From positions 310,001-374,000 of the forward strand of contig CDMY01000395.1 in NCBI GenBank assembly GCA_001179505.1: a DNA stretch of 64,000 bases, read 5' to 3'. The DNA comes from Vitrella brassicaformis CCMP3155 (lineage: Eukaryota; Protista; Chromerida). The position numbers and the translations under genes are program-made. How positions within the stretch are numbered: position 1 is the first letter of the stretch; each line of letters begins with the position of its first letter. Under the pieces are notes generated by a model, which saw nothing but the letters and a program-made list of their open reading frames with translations, was not told the origin of the DNA and did not search any database. Shown one piece after another: positions 49,772 through 63,932 of this stretch.

Positions 49772-50579
49772 AAGATTCCACTACGTCGCGCACCAGGCGG
49801 CGACTGTAGGTCCCGCAGCAGACTCCTGTTCGAACAAATTCCCCTTCAGACGGTCAGCCTTGCCTGCTGCAGGGACCGACCATGCCGAAACGATGCGCCA
49901 GAGTCGACAGCCGACACAGACAATAGAGTCGATGGCCGAAGTTGGCTGCATTTTGGTGTCTATCTTGCTGATGCTGCTGGTGGCATCTCAGGCGGCGGCA
50001 CTACTGAGACACTGGCAGGGACACGGCAAGACCCACCCTTCATGGTAAGCGATGGAAAGGCGATGTATGTTACATAGACGTATGGAAGTTATGCACAGGC
50101 CACATTGAATGGACGGTCAAGAAGTCGCAGTCTGAATGTCTGACCCACTCTTTCTCTCGTAAGTGTTGCAATACGGAGAGCGAGACAAAACGCCGATAGA
50201 CTCTTTACCGCAGGTTCGTGTCGTCAGTGTATTCATCTTGTTGTCTGAGAGCCAAACCAAGTCAAGTTCGTATATTCCAAGACGACAGACATAGTTCTTC
50301 TGGTTCATCTCAAGAACACTGCACGCAGTTTGCTCAAAGACGCACAAGGCGCATTGCTCGTCTGACACGGCCGCTATGAAAAACAGACACTCATCTGAAC
50401 TCATGTGTATTCACGGAAAGTAGCTAACACTCAGTCGGTTAGAAGTAGCACTACACAAGCAGCTGGGTCTACTATATACTTGCACATGGATGAAATTGGT
50501 TTAACTACGGTCTCGAAATGAGCGCTAAGTATTTCTACTGACAGAAACTGCACTGCGAAAAACAGAAGAAGTACAGTGA

Positions 50580-53500
50580 CTAGCAAGTCTGTTCCGATGC
50601 CTTTGAGGCGACCTCGTCCTCCTGCAGTCCACAACCAGACATCGATTCGCAGTCTGATTCAAGCATGTGCCAACAGTCTACCTCTCCTCGAAATCGGCGT
50701 TCGTATTCTTGAACATTTCCAGCAGCTGCTGTGCTTGAATGTCTCTCTCGGGAAGAATGCGCAGGACGGAGATGGCATCGATGACTTCTCTTCTCAGCCA
50801 AGGGAAGAGACGGTAGTGAGCAAACAAACAAGCCAAAACCAGAAGAGACCATGCAAGCGCCCCCAGGATCCACAGCTGCATTGAAGTGCAGACAAAGACA
50901 CAATACACTATGTGCAATCAAGTGTGGTTTGTCACTTATTTACTTTCGTCTCATGTGCGAGGAGGTCCGCATCAGCCTCCTACACGAAGAAACATGGAGA
51001 AGCTGGTCAATCCCACGGATGCTTACTCTCTCACCTCCATGAAGAGGTCTTCAAACTTCTCAAAACCTAAATGGATTACATGGAGATGAATAAACACTCC
51101 CGACTCTCAGCTTTGTCTCACCCCCCGAAAGGTCGTAATGCAAGCTGTTTTCCAAAAACCTACACCACATATCAAGATGACGAGAGCCGAGTCATACTCG
51201 GAAATCGCACGCCTCTCTTGCTTACCAGTAGTCAGGCGGCTCGTTTGCCGTCATTCGATTCATCACTGGAAGGGTGCCATTCGCCTCATTGCCAGCTATC
51301 TCCAATCGCCGAGTATGAGCAGTCACCGCGTAGTATGATGGCGGTGTACCGTTCCCATGCAGCCAGTTTCGATGAAAGCGCTCGGCCTCTTCGAACCTGA
51401 AAAGTGCACAAATATACGCCGGCAATCCGCAATCAATGCGGCTAGTCAGGCTCGGCTCGGCGCTTCGCGCCTCGCCTCCGCAGACAGGCCAGGTGATCAG
51501 TGCCTTGTATAGTCCCTGCTCCATCAAGTCAGAGAAAGGATATGGGTGGACTCTGTTTGAGCACGTTCCCTCCTGCAGGACAGGAAAGAAACGAATCGTC
51601 ATAGAAGGCGCGCGAGCCCGTCAGTCACTCAATGAACCGACCGATTTAGGCAGGAGACAAGAAGGAAAATAGAGCAATCTGAGACAGTACGAGTGCCATT
51701 AGATAAGGAGCATTCTCTATGTCGGCACAATCACTGTCTCTCACTTTTTCCGTGCTGAGAAACGACGATCCACGGGCTCTTCAGCCATGTCCTGATGGTA
51801 CAGAAGACTGCCCAGCTCACTCCTTGCCTCGTGAATGTCATGCTGAAAGGTAAGCCATACATCAACAGAGACGACAGAGAAAACAGAGAGAACGGCCGCT
51901 GATGCGTGCAGCTGATGAAAGACATGCCTCGATTTCCGCAGCAAAGCCTCCGCCCGAAGAATCTCTTCTGTTCGCCGATCGCCAAGGAAATAGATCTTTC
52001 TCCACCAAGTGCAGAGCGACAACCCCGGCTTGACGGAGCCTGCACAGAACACGGCAGATGATCAGGATGAGTTGACGCTCATCTCAGCGGCACGCACCTA
52101 AACTCAACCATCGTAGCCTAAGAAGAGACACGGACAGCTAATGTTACATCCTGAGGGGAAGCAGATGGTAGTGTTCTGCCTCACCTTGACCACCTCGTCG
52201 GTCAGGTTGTGCGACATTGTCATCAGCACGGCCTGCAGGAGACCCACGATGGGAACAAGCTTGTCATGGAGATAATAAAGCGCATGCACGCCGACCATGA
52301 ATGTGTATGTGAAGACGCTGTAAGCCAGGATGCTTCCCATGAAGAAAAAGAGAGTCCTCGAAAAACGCCCTCTTATGCACACGTTAAGCCATCGGATGAT
52401 GTTTGGCGGCTCTCTGAGCGGAACGGCAATGAGACAGCAGTGAGTGACTGTGAAGCACATTTCTACCTGAGCCAGCGATGTCTGACTTTGAAGAGAAGCC
52501 ATCTCCGATGACATGTGAACCAGCCTTTGTTCCGATCGATTCCGCTGCTGTCGATGGATCCGCGATGTGATCCATGCCGCCTGTCGGCCCTGTCGCAGTG
52601 ATGTATTGAGAAAATATCACATTCGTTGGTTCAATACCGCTTCTTTCTCTTTACGAGCTGGCTTGGTTGGGGCCGAATTTCCTGGACTCCTCCCCAGCAG
52701 TCATTGGAGCAGTAGCATCTCCGCCCTTTTTCAAGCTGCTGTCGCTCGCACGCCGTTGCTAACCAGAGAGGGGACCAGCAATGTGTTCATCGAAGAAAGA
52801 ACTAGTACTTTCGCATTGCGTACTTTCTTTGTTGCCTCGCTTCTTTTCTGCAGCAACTCAAAAGCTCTTTGTCTTTCGCTTTCATGTCGTTATCCTGAAC
52901 TCCTTTACGCTCGAGGGGCGGATTGGCATCACTCGCAGCACTGATGGCAAAGCAACAAAACGCAGAGTCGCCTGCGAATAGAAACGAAAAGTGGCGGGAG
53001 CGCTAACTTCTGTTGTGGCTGGTGCTGCTGTCTTGTCCCAATGTCCTTGCTGCCATCAGCTGGCTGCAAGTATATCAGAGTCGTATTCGTTCCTTCTGGA
53101 TGCTTCGAATTGATATTTCTGCTTACTGCTTCCAGTTTGAGAATTGCCGAAACCGTCTGCTCTGACACGTGATTCCACTGCTGCTCGTCTGCCAGTCCAT
53201 CCATGTCATTTTGGTGGTCCTCAATGTGCAAGTGGGCACCACGTGGGCCGCTCTCAGAAATGTCAACTGTGTAATCCGTCCGATCCGTCCGATACGTGGG
53301 CGTCTTATGCAGTGTCCCTCCTTTTGGCGACTTCACAGCCTCCATCTTCCCCGAGCTGTCGCTGTCTCCGCCGTCTGCCTTGGAGGTAACACAATCGATC
53401 TGCACCACGAGCTCTCCTGTCTTCTGACGGACGAGACCGTGTTTTGAGACCATCGAGTTGCCGCTCGCGTCATGCAGAGAACCTTTGCGTCGCAGAAGAG

Positions 53501-56500
53501 CTGAGACATGCACCCAACATAATGGGTAAGCTGTGGCTGCGGCCCCGATAGACCTGACCTGGGTCTCGGTGCTGCTTACCGAGGGCGTGCAATGCTCGCT
53601 TGTCTAGTGGCAGGCTTGATGGCACTTCAGACTTCTCCGTCGGATTTTCGCTCTCGGCCATTTCACTTTCACGTTTCGCCAAGAGGCCCTCCTTTCGAGT
53701 TTACCTGTGGCCCAACGCCACATGCACAGTGGATCCACACATTTGTAAAAAGTGTACGCTCGATGTGTGTGTATTAAAGTGTACGCTCGATGTCCTCAAG
53801 ATTGATCATTGACAGTGGGATGATAATCTTCCCATCTTCGGATATCTGAGGCGAGGACTGCACAGATTTGTTGTTCGGAGGAAGGGGCCTCTCAATGACT
53901 TGTCGTAGGCGCGATCGTCCAAGGCACCAGAAGAGCCTTGATGCAAAATAGATCGCGGCTGCAAGGCCGGCGAAATGACTCGTACATGTGGGTGGGCGCC
54001 TTTTGATTTGTCCGCCGGGGCAGTGGAGGCATCTCGATCACCTTTGCCATGGCTGGCGGTGAGCAGCGGTGGAGTGCCAGTGGATTTGAGGGCGGGCTTG
54101 GCGGGCGATCGACCTTTCTCTGTCTTCAGCTGGTCTCTCGCTTCATCTTCTTCCTCCTCGATATCGAAGCCGTCCTTCTGAAGGGACACCCTGCTTCCCC
54201 ACTTTGAGAGGACAGGCTTTTTCTGCCTGCAGAAAGACTGGAGACATTGATGGCGATAGATATACTGCTGTTTCTCACTCGTCGGCCTTTTCGCTGTGTC
54301 TATGCGTGGCGGCATGCGGGTCGACAGCTGTGTCGACCAAGCAAATGCCCCGTCGCGTCTCCCTTCCGAAACGCTTCCGCAGTCTCAGCTTCTGCACAAG
54401 AATAAACACCACGTCGTCTTCCACTCTTGGAGGCTCGAATCGTACTTGTCTGTGGGTTAGCTTGAAGGCAATGTGCAAAGCAAGGCCGACATCGCTTAGC
54501 ATATCAAACTCGCCGGCTCCCTTTTGGACCATGCGCAGGATCACTGATCCAGCGACAGGATGCACACGTCTTTAGTTGTCAGAGGAGATGGGTCTTGACT
54601 TACCAAAGCATGAGGTGATGTTGACGCTAAGGGTCACGATGATGCATGCCAAGATGACCATCTCTGATTCTGATCAAACGCACAAGACACGAGAACCAGA
54701 CGATCGATAGCGATGTCCCGGACCCCTCCCTCACCCTCGACGATGTGCCAAATGTGGTCGAGTTCGAGCTGAATGGCAGATTGGCACATCACATAGTCCG
54801 GCGCAACGCGCGTGTGTGGCTCTCACCTCGATAATGTGCACGCCAACCTCTCCTCCGTCACCTATACAGTTTTGCAACACCAGCTTGAAATTCGGCGACT
54901 CAATTGCTGCCCTCTCGTCAATGATCTCGCGGATCGCTTGCAGATACTCCGCTACTTGAAATTTAAGCGTCTAGTAATGAGGGAGGGTATGATGCAAACA
55001 GGAGATGGAGGGACATGAAGTTGTGAGCATGTTGTCACCGTCACCGTGCTTCTTGCATGAGCCCGTCGACAATGTCTCACCTTAAAATACGTCACCCCGT
55101 TGTCATTGAAGAATGTTGTCCGAATCGTCGGCTCTCGGTAGAATCTCTGGACCTCATCCATGTTCTCTTGGATGGATTTGTCAACAATAAAGCTGACAAC
55201 GTCACCACACAGACAGAGCGTGTCCAAAACAGAGGTAGCTATTGATTTCTTTTACCAGATCCGCCTACTTCGAGGCATGATTGATCTCTTTGACGAACTT
55301 GTCCATGGTTTGCAGCTGTTTTGTGATGCGCATTTCGTTGTGTGTGCTTGCGAGACTGCGTCTCTCATCGGTAAGGTTGCGAGAGTAGATCTGGACTGAT
55401 GTGATTGCATTGCAGACCTCGGTCCTGAAAGACGATGCGACATCACATGTGCTCAAGACCAGCTCCCCTTGTGTTCTGTACCAATCATTGATGAGCACCC
55501 GATTGTAATGGAGGTCGTGCATTTTCTGCGGGCAGGCACACAACGCATAAGTCACAGAAGGTCTGAAAGCCACTCGTGTTAGTACTTGCGTGGTGTATTC
55601 CATCTCATTTTTCTGCACCTGAGGACATACCCACACACACGACGAGAACGCATATATACCGATACTCTGCATGATGGGTTGCAGTGTGCCAGCGAGGCGA
55701 GAAGGCCAACGTACAAAGTGCGTCACAATGCCCATGACCACCATAATGGCCAGCCCTGAGAGAGAAGAGACACGAGGTCCAGCATATCGACAACTCGACC
55801 TTGAGCTCTTGCTGTGAGCATGCCGTACAGACCAATGATTGCAACAGCCTCCGTCAGATGGAGTCTCCTCTTTTTGCTCAACTCGATTATCTTAATGTGT
55901 TCCTCCTTGCTGCTTCCTGTGCACAGATCCGATCACACGAGCAACATCGATCCCCCGTTTGTGTGAGCGTTCGATATCTTGCCTCCTTCATTTGCCCCAT
56001 ATCCAGCCCCGCCGCCGCTGTTGCTGCTGCTCTCAAGGGTCGGGTCCTGAGAGAGAATGGCAGATGACTGGTCATCGGCCTCCGCTTGGAGCAACAACAA
56101 CTCGGCCCTGGTCGTGTGGAGGAAGATGCGCCAAGCGATTGCTTACCCGGCCCCTGTGGATACATTGCTCACCTGGATTCATCATTATAGAGCTGCCGCA
56201 CAAAGTTCGCGAACAGCTCGAGTGCCTAGTCACACAACCGAGGAAGGTGAAGACACACAAACGATCGGCTCGCCATGAGTGCCGTCATCTCCTCTGTCCG
56301 TCTCTACGTCTTTGCTGCGTGGAAAGCGGCGCAAGAGGTTGACGTAGCTGTGATGTGCATTCGACACAGCTTCAAGGGCCTGTCTTCGACAGAGGCAGGC
56401 CAGGTGGATCGATCCATCAGGAGCTCGTGTCTCACCTCGCGTAACATCGCTGCCCTCTGTCTTGTTGGCTTTGCCGAGGCCATCTTGCTTTCTGTCGCCA

Positions 56501-59255
56501 GAGCACGCCAGAACCTGGCCATCTTCTTTAATGCCTGCATGTGATTCATCTTGGCGGCACGTGACCACTTCTGGTATGTCTGCATACAGAGAAGAGGACA
56601 TGGACAACAGACTGACATATCAGGAAGCGTGGTGCACCATTATATCGATGAGGTTCGTCTTTTTTCCTCCCCCTCCGCCAAGCAATTCCATCTGTCGCGC
56701 TGTCTCAATGTCCTTGTGAAGCTGAAGCACCATGAAGAAAAGCAGAGATCAGTAATACGAAGAAGACAACAGGTTCCGCACAAGGAAGCCTCCTCTCTCT
56801 ACCTGGTAGAGGATGTAGTTGATGTATAGGTGCCACTTGGACGCGTGTGAATGTGACAGCTTTATGTACTTGTAGCACAGGAAGGTTTCGTCACTGAACA
56901 AGGGCAAGACGGTGGCAAGCAGCATCAGTCGACGCAAGCATCTGATGCCCTTACAAGAAGTAGCGATTTACGAGAGCCAGCCACTGGAATGAAAACACAC
57001 ATACGAGGCAGGCATCAACGAGTAATTTCTTTGTCCGTTTCTTACCATGTATGTGTAGGCTGTGAAGTTGGTGGACTGCAGAATGGCCAGGATAGTCTCC
57101 ATCATGACTCCCCTACAGAGAGACAAGTGTGATGCGCATTGCACGTATACGTGACACGCACTATCGTCCTGCGCATGACTTGCTTTTGTCACCTATTTCG
57201 CCAGCGCCTTCTCTTTGTCTGAATACAAGAACCTGAAGGGACACCAAAGCACACACGTGTGTGAGGGGACGGATTGTGCAGGTGACGGACCATTCGTCGC
57301 GAAAAAGGCGCAACACCAATTCGAGATCGGTCTCCCATATCACGCTCGATCGCAGCTGTGCAAGCCTGGCGAATAAAGTCAGGACATGTATGTGCGACTG
57401 GACACAGCCCGCGACTCTTTGTCGACTCACCCACCTGTACGAGTTCATCCGGTCTCGTACCAAGTCCGCTGGATCCCTTTCCTTGGGCTCCGTTCGAGCC
57501 CCGAGGATCCGTCTGTTGGCGATGACCGTGCTGGTCACGGTGGGTCGTCGTGTGAGAGAGCCCGCCGGCACTGTGGCCTCATCAGCAACGGGCATTTCCA
57601 TGATGGCCAGACGACTGGCCACCCGCTCGTGTGTCCTGTTCGCCAGGCTGTCACTGTCATCGCTCTTGGCGTCGGCCGCTCTGATCAAGAAACCAGCCAG
57701 CAACTGAGTGAGAGCTGCAGTACCCTTCCCCCCCCAACCCCACTCACTTTTCGTTAGGGGCCTCTCCTGTTTCTTCCGTTAAAATCGACATTATTGCAGA
57801 GTTGTATTCTTCTGAATGCACGGCTGAGAGTGCGTGCATCTCGGCGATCACCATGTCCTTCAACCGGTTCTTGCGCACTAAGGCGAGCCATGCCCCCAGC
57901 GGCAACACAAATAGACACCCGCCGAGGATTAACAGGTCCTGACAGACACATAGAGAGAAAGCCAGAGACGTTCTGTGCATCGTGTCGTAAAAAATAAACT
58001 CTGCTTACGTCGACTCCACGTATTCCCCTTATCAGCTTGAAGATACTGATGGCGAGAAGGATGGCTAGGATACCGTTCCTCATTCTGTTGGCTGCGTCGT
58101 GGAAGAACGGGGCCTGCGTGAAGAACAGGAGAGTGACGTAGCCCAGCGCTATTAAATTGACGGCAGAACAGTAGATGGCGAGGCCATTTGAGGACACAGC
58201 CACGATGAAGGTGACATTGATCAGGGTCTTTGTCGCGGTGTACCTGCACCGACACACAAAGACCCATCAGCTCGATTTCTGCACCGACCGCCGCCGCGAT
58301 CACTACCGACCAGAATTCGGCTCTTCCATGTGCCTGCACTGTCAAATCCGTCGAAAAGGGTTTGAAATTGTTGTAAAGCAGAGCTGTCACCAAACCGAGA
58401 GGCACCTGAGACACAGTTCGAAAGAGAAATCAAATGAAGGCGCCGCGGAGCCCCACACACCCCTCAAACCATACCAGGAAGCAGAGTGCTCCAATGGAAG
58501 GAAAGAGCATGACGATGTGAAACGCTTCCCAACATGCAAAGTCCGAGTCAGTCAGGCGATCGCGCATCAGCGGGCACGAAAAGAGCGACATCAGCACAGC
58601 CACGGATGAAGAGAAAAAGGTCGTCACAAAGCTGACAGGGGAAACCAGGAGGAACGTGCCTCACAGGTGATTGAATAATTTAGTACCTTCGGACGAATCC
58701 GCGCAATAGGATGATCGGTGTGATCAAGTGGACCTGAACAAACCAGGTGCGTAATACTCCAATGGTGGATGGCACAGATGGCACGAATTCTCACCTCCTT
58801 GGACTTGAAGGTTTGAGCAACTATCGCCACGACGCCGGCCGTCAAAAGAATGAGAGTACACAGCAGACCGACCACAACGAAGTATTGCACCTTTTCATGG
58901 CCTACACAGACAACATAGAGACGCAGACCACCAGTTGACGAGCCTGGGCACAGAATTACCCGCAAGTATCTCGAATGGCGACGTGAACAGTCCCAGGAGA
59001 CACCCCGCATCGTATAGATCCCATTTGTCGCACTCGAGCGCCTCGTTAAGCGGCAGCAGCAGCGGAACCAGCTGGAGCAGGTCCAGCACGAACACCACCG
59101 CTGTCATGACATACTGGGCCAACGGCACACGCAAACCTACAATAAAAGACAAAAACAGCGGTGCCACCATTGCAGCCCTTCTTGACGTAAGAAGCCAAGC
59201 CACCTGTGCCCACGATGATCGTTTCCTCAGGCTTCTCGTTGGTGGATGAATCCAT
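50580..59255 (-). CDS. Tiny macrocysts protein B/C (TmcB/TmcC)-like multi-pass membrane protein, many short introns (3' end approximate)
   Basis: N-terminal TM bundle (58000-59200); TPR-like segments ALKKMARFWRAL and ALELFANFVRQLYNDES; further TM blocks; C-terminal FPWLRREVIDAISVLRILP, which resembles the TmcB C-terminus. Recognised from memory of the family, not by HMM. Confidence 0.65.
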
Positions 59256-59642
59256 GACGTAGAGCACCCCTGCAGGCAGGCAGGCAGGCAGGCCAGGAAG
59301 AGAATGGGGTGCCGGGAGGTCTGAGCGCGCCTTTGCAGCCGCCTACCAAAAAGGGCTTCCTGTCATGGCTGATAGCCAATCAGATCCTTCGGGCCCGACC
59401 CCGAAACGTCCGTCATCGACGGATGCTACAGCCACAAAAGACTTGAAGAGGCCACAAAAACTACTACCACAAGCCCCGCGCCGAAACAAAGCTCTACAGA
59501 GTCACGGCTTCCGCTAAGCTCTACGAGTCACGGCCGGACCAAGAGGTGCAAGCGGCCCGATCGTCGCGCGCTAAGCTTGCAGAGGAGGGGGGGGCGGGTG
59601 GGGGCCGCCTTCGCCAGGTCGGTCGCGGGGGCTGTCGCTGCA

Positions 59643-60079
59643 ATGACTGACGTCAACCACGAACGCATCTTCTGCGCCGAGCAGATAAACGTCCCACAGG
59701 AACTGCCCCTCGTGCTTAAGGAGTTCACGAAAGAGGTCAGCGGGCGGCAAAAACGACAATGATTGACTCGTGAACTATTTCACCGTATTTGCCTGCCCAG
59801 ATCATCAGAAGGAACCCCGTGGAGAGCGAAAAGGGTGCGCAAGACGGCAGAATGTCTCTCTACTGACGGTTTGGTGTCTGTCTCACTGTCTGTGTGTGTC
59901 CGTCGCCAATATGAAGATGTTGAGCTGGCGAAGCAGAAAATCTATGAGTGGGCAGCTGAGTACTTCAGGAAGAAGGCAAATGGTAAGCCTCCCGCCCACG
60001 CAAGAAGAGACGGATGACACGCATGCGACCATGGTCCTTTCTCGCGTATGCAGATCAGAGCAAAGAGTTGAAGAACTGA
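59643..60079 (+). CDS. Small RIIa (PKA dimerization/docking) domain protein, ropporin-1-like/RSP11-like, 4 exons
   Basis: RIFCAEQINVPQELPLVLKEFTKE/IIRRNP...IYEWAAEYF. Confidence 0.85.
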
Positions 60080-60305
60080 TCACCTGCTGCCTCTGCGTGA
60101 TGTCTGCCGCGCAACCGACATGAATGTTTGACAATTACCTGAATAATCCATCCCCACGGCACGGCACGAGCCATGCAGCTGAGCTACACACCAACAGGGT
60201 CGAGCCATTCACAGGACAGCTGTCATACATACAGCCATATCGACCAACAGAAAAACACAAACACAGCACTGCCTGCCCTACTACCCGTCCCCCCACTCCT
60301 CTCCT

Positions 60306-62640
60306 CTAGCACTGGTCGTCATCTGAGTCCTCCTCCGTGCCGTCTCTGTCCTCGATGACCACCGCTTTGGTGCTCTGCGCCGTGGAGCTGTCTCCCAGCG
60401 GATGTAGGTGCAGCTTCCCTGAGCTTGTGAGTTCGTTGGTCAGGCGCCGGTCCAGACAGAGGTCGGTCCGCCAGTGCAGCTTGAGCACTCGCAGTAAGGC
60501 ACGCAGCACGGCCTTGGTCTCCTCGGGGTTCTTGATCCACACTGTTGTGGCACAACTCCTGCATAGACGAAGACCCAACACACACAACATCATCAAATCG
60601 GCCGCTGGCTCGGTGAGTTGTGTGTGTGTGTGTGCGTGTGCGTACCTCGTGGCTCTGTCATTGCCCGTGTTCAGGAACTGGTCTCCCACATGCAGGCACT
60701 CGTGTGGCTTGAGATCGAGGTAGTGCTGCAGACCCAAGACGCCCACGAACTTGTTCCCGACATCCACCCAGCTGTCATTGCCTCCGTTGAAGGCACAAAA
60801 CGGCACAGTCAGGCCTGACACACACTCCACACAGACACACGCCTATGAACATGTTTGCAGGCACGCGAGTGTGAGGGCTGACCGGCTTGTCTGATGGCGT
60901 CTTTGATGCGCAGCACTACTTCGTCCAGAATCTCGCGGCGCAGGCCACCTGCACCCGAACCTTCCGGCACCAGATGACGACCTGCATCAATCACATCAGC
61001 GCACGGGAGGCCGACGTTTCTGGCTATGTGGCTGCCTTGGATCTCCGTACCTTCGTATCCCCCAGGTACGATGCCAACAGCCTTCTCCTTTCGGATGAGC
61101 TTGACGCGCAACTTGAGGTCTTTCATCGCATCCTCCATGGTGCTCTGATAACAGACAGAAAAAGACACACGGCACTGCGGAGCTAGGTATGCCTGGACCC
61201 CTCATGGCTGTGCTGCCCGCGCGTGCCTGTGCTAGGTCCAGCAGAGTTTTGCACTGGGCTTCGTCGAATCGGAAGCCCGGCTGGAGGGGCTTCCACTCGT
61301 CCTCAAACACAGGGCTCAAGTGGTAGTCATCAGAGCCGTTGCACCTGACACAGACACCAGCAGCAGCAGCAGCAGCAGAACAACACGACACGGCACTCAC
61401 CACATGACGTGACACATGCCATCTAGCTAGCTGTCCACACACTCACCGGAACAGGAAGTTGCACTCGGCCCCGAGGACGAAGAACCTGGATACGACGTGG
61501 GGCTTAATCTTCTGCTGACGAAAGAAGTCCAGCAGACCTCTTATCCGGCCTTCGTACTTCTCGTGGTCATAACCGTAACCTACGCGTGACACTATGATCC
61601 ACACAATCACACAGATGGCGTTGGTCATTTGTGTGTGCTGTGCGAAGTGGACCTGCTGCAGTGACGAGGGCAATGTTGACGTTGCTCTTGAGGAGCTGGG
61701 TGAGAAAGGAGGCCAGCTTCACTACACACACACACACATACACACATGGCCATCAAGGTGAGATGTGTGTGTGTGTGTATGGGAGCTGAGCTTCGTGCCT
61801 TACTTACCGTCATTGAAGAACTGTCCATCCGAGTAGAGCGTCTCGTCGCCATCAAATGTGATCAGACGCACACTGTCGCGCAGCGCCAACACCTACACGC
61901 GCCCGCGAGTGCATACACACCACACACCAAGAGTGAGTGGATGGGGCTGAAACGACTATGCACTGCACTGCCTTGATTTGTTTCGTGACTGACCTGCGCC
62001 ACATTCAGTATGTGTCGGACCTCATCAGTGGACGGGCCAACGAACTGGCGGGACGTCATGCAGTACTTGCTGTCATAGATGTCAAACGCCTGCGCCCATC
62101 CGCCCATCCATCCATCCATCCATCCATTTATGCGCCCATCGTGCAAACAGCGGACGCACCTTGACGAGGGGCAGTGGCGTGAAGAAGTCAGCTACGCCCC
62201 TGCACAGCTGGGCCAGCCTGGTTTGGGCCCTCTGGTCTTCAGGAGCGGCACGGTAGTCATCTGACAACCAACAGTCAGACAGACGAGCACACAGCAATGA
62301 ATGAACTGTTGAACCCACCGGCTTTGTCCGCGATGATTCAGTGACTCACCGATGAGGTTTTGGAAGCACTGGAATGTGTATCTTGACTGCTGCGTCCGCT
62401 CATCTTTGGTCGTATTGATGAGGAACACGTTATGCAGCGCACCTCGAATGGCCTCAACCAAGCTACTGCAGGCAGAAAGGCGGCGCACAGGCAGAGAAAC
62501 ACACCGGGGCTTCAAGTTCTTGACGTATTGTTCGCTCCATGTGTGCTGACTCACTCGGTTTGGAGTCCTCTGTCTGCGGTGTTGATTGGGTCGGGGCCGG
62601 TAAGGGAAGGAAGAGAGGCACTGCTCACTGACAAAGCCAT
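60306..62640 (-). CDS. ISN1: IMP-specific 5'-nucleotidase ISN1 (HAD family)
   Basis: FFTPLPLVKAF, VGPSTDEVRHILN, LITFDGDETLY, IALVTAAGY, VLGAECNFLF, PFCAFNGGNDSWVDVGNK, CLHVGDQF, TVWIKNPEET. Confidence 0.93.
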
Positions 62641-62782
62641 GAGATGAGATCAAAACGAAAAAACTGCTGCTTCTTTCTCGGGCGGAGAGAGTTAGGATTG
62701 AACACAACACGGATGCAAGCATGCATGGTTCACTATACAGTGGGAGGCCAACGAACTTCTCCAGCTCATACACGTGTGTCAT

Positions 62783-63932
62783 TCATGCATAGTCCAAAGA
62801 GTCCCAGTCAAAGGATGCCGGGAAGGCACGCTCAGGAGGAATCACAACTAGCATCACACTCCTTGCCTGTTCGAAGCACAGACGCACACGCGACCCAGGC
62901 AAATCCCAATACACACGGCCCTCATCCCTCTCTCTTGCATCCTGGGCCTCCACCAGTGCTGACAGCCACCTCTCTGCCTCAGACAAAGGCAGGCGGCACA
63001 TGACTGTCGGGTCTTCACTCAGCGGCTCGGCGAGAGGGGCCGGACTGAGATAGGGATTGCCTCCGATGCACAGAACGACCGGCTCGCGGGCCTCTTCTCC
63101 ATCATTGGCTGCGTCTATCCATTGCTGACAAAGACCCTGAAGAAATACGGTGACACGCGAACACTTAGCCTTCCCTGTCTGTGCTGTGCGCATAGCTGCT
63201 CACTTGAACGAGTGTGTGGGCCTCTCCAGCAGTCGAGCACCGCAGAGCCACCACACGGCCCTCACGAATGTCCGCAGTGACGTCGCCGACCAAGTCGATT
63301 GTCGCTTTGTCGATCATGACGATGGGCGAAACGCTGCGGCGGTCGTGACATATGCCGGCCACAGAAAGAGCAGCCACAAAGGTGTCGGGACTCGGCAGGA
63401 TCTCAAGCCTGCAGCCATTGTCGTCTTCTGTGAGAGTCTGTGTGATCGATGCCACGCACTGAGCCAGCCGGCCTTCTTGTTGCCCAACTCCAAGAGACTC
63501 GTTTCCACAGTAGAGCAGGAACACCGACACACGGCGGCCGTCAGAACTCGTCGCCTCCTCCAGCACCGCCTCGAGAGAGAGCCGATCGGCCACAGTCTCT
63601 CCACCCTCAAGGCGCACCAGCTCGGCTTCCCTCCCATCTTCATCACATAAGAAGGCCAACACAGTCTTCTGAGTCGTCCCCCGCATCGCAGCTCCCAGCA
63701 GGCGACCCACAGACGGTGGGCAGCGCAGACAAAGAGTGTTGCCGCCCTCCTCGAACGTATCTCCGACGACGATGACGTGTGAGGCCTCGAGCAGCTGCAG
63801 AGCCCGGAGCGACACATCAGCGGCGTGGCTCAGCTCATCGGGGCACACATAGAGGTGCAGCAGACGGCAGGGGCCAGACGACGGTGCTTGCAGAGAGCTC
63901 CCCCGACGCTTCTTGCCCCTCTTGGCAGACAT
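62783..63932 (-). CDS. Divergent tetrapyrrole-methylase-fold protein, RsmI (16S C1402 2'-O-methyltransferase)-like, 2 exons
   Basis: ADVSLRALQLLEASHVIV and LEILPSPDTFVAALSVAGI resemble RsmI DITLRALEVL and VPIPGPSALITALSASGL. Confidence 0.55.
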
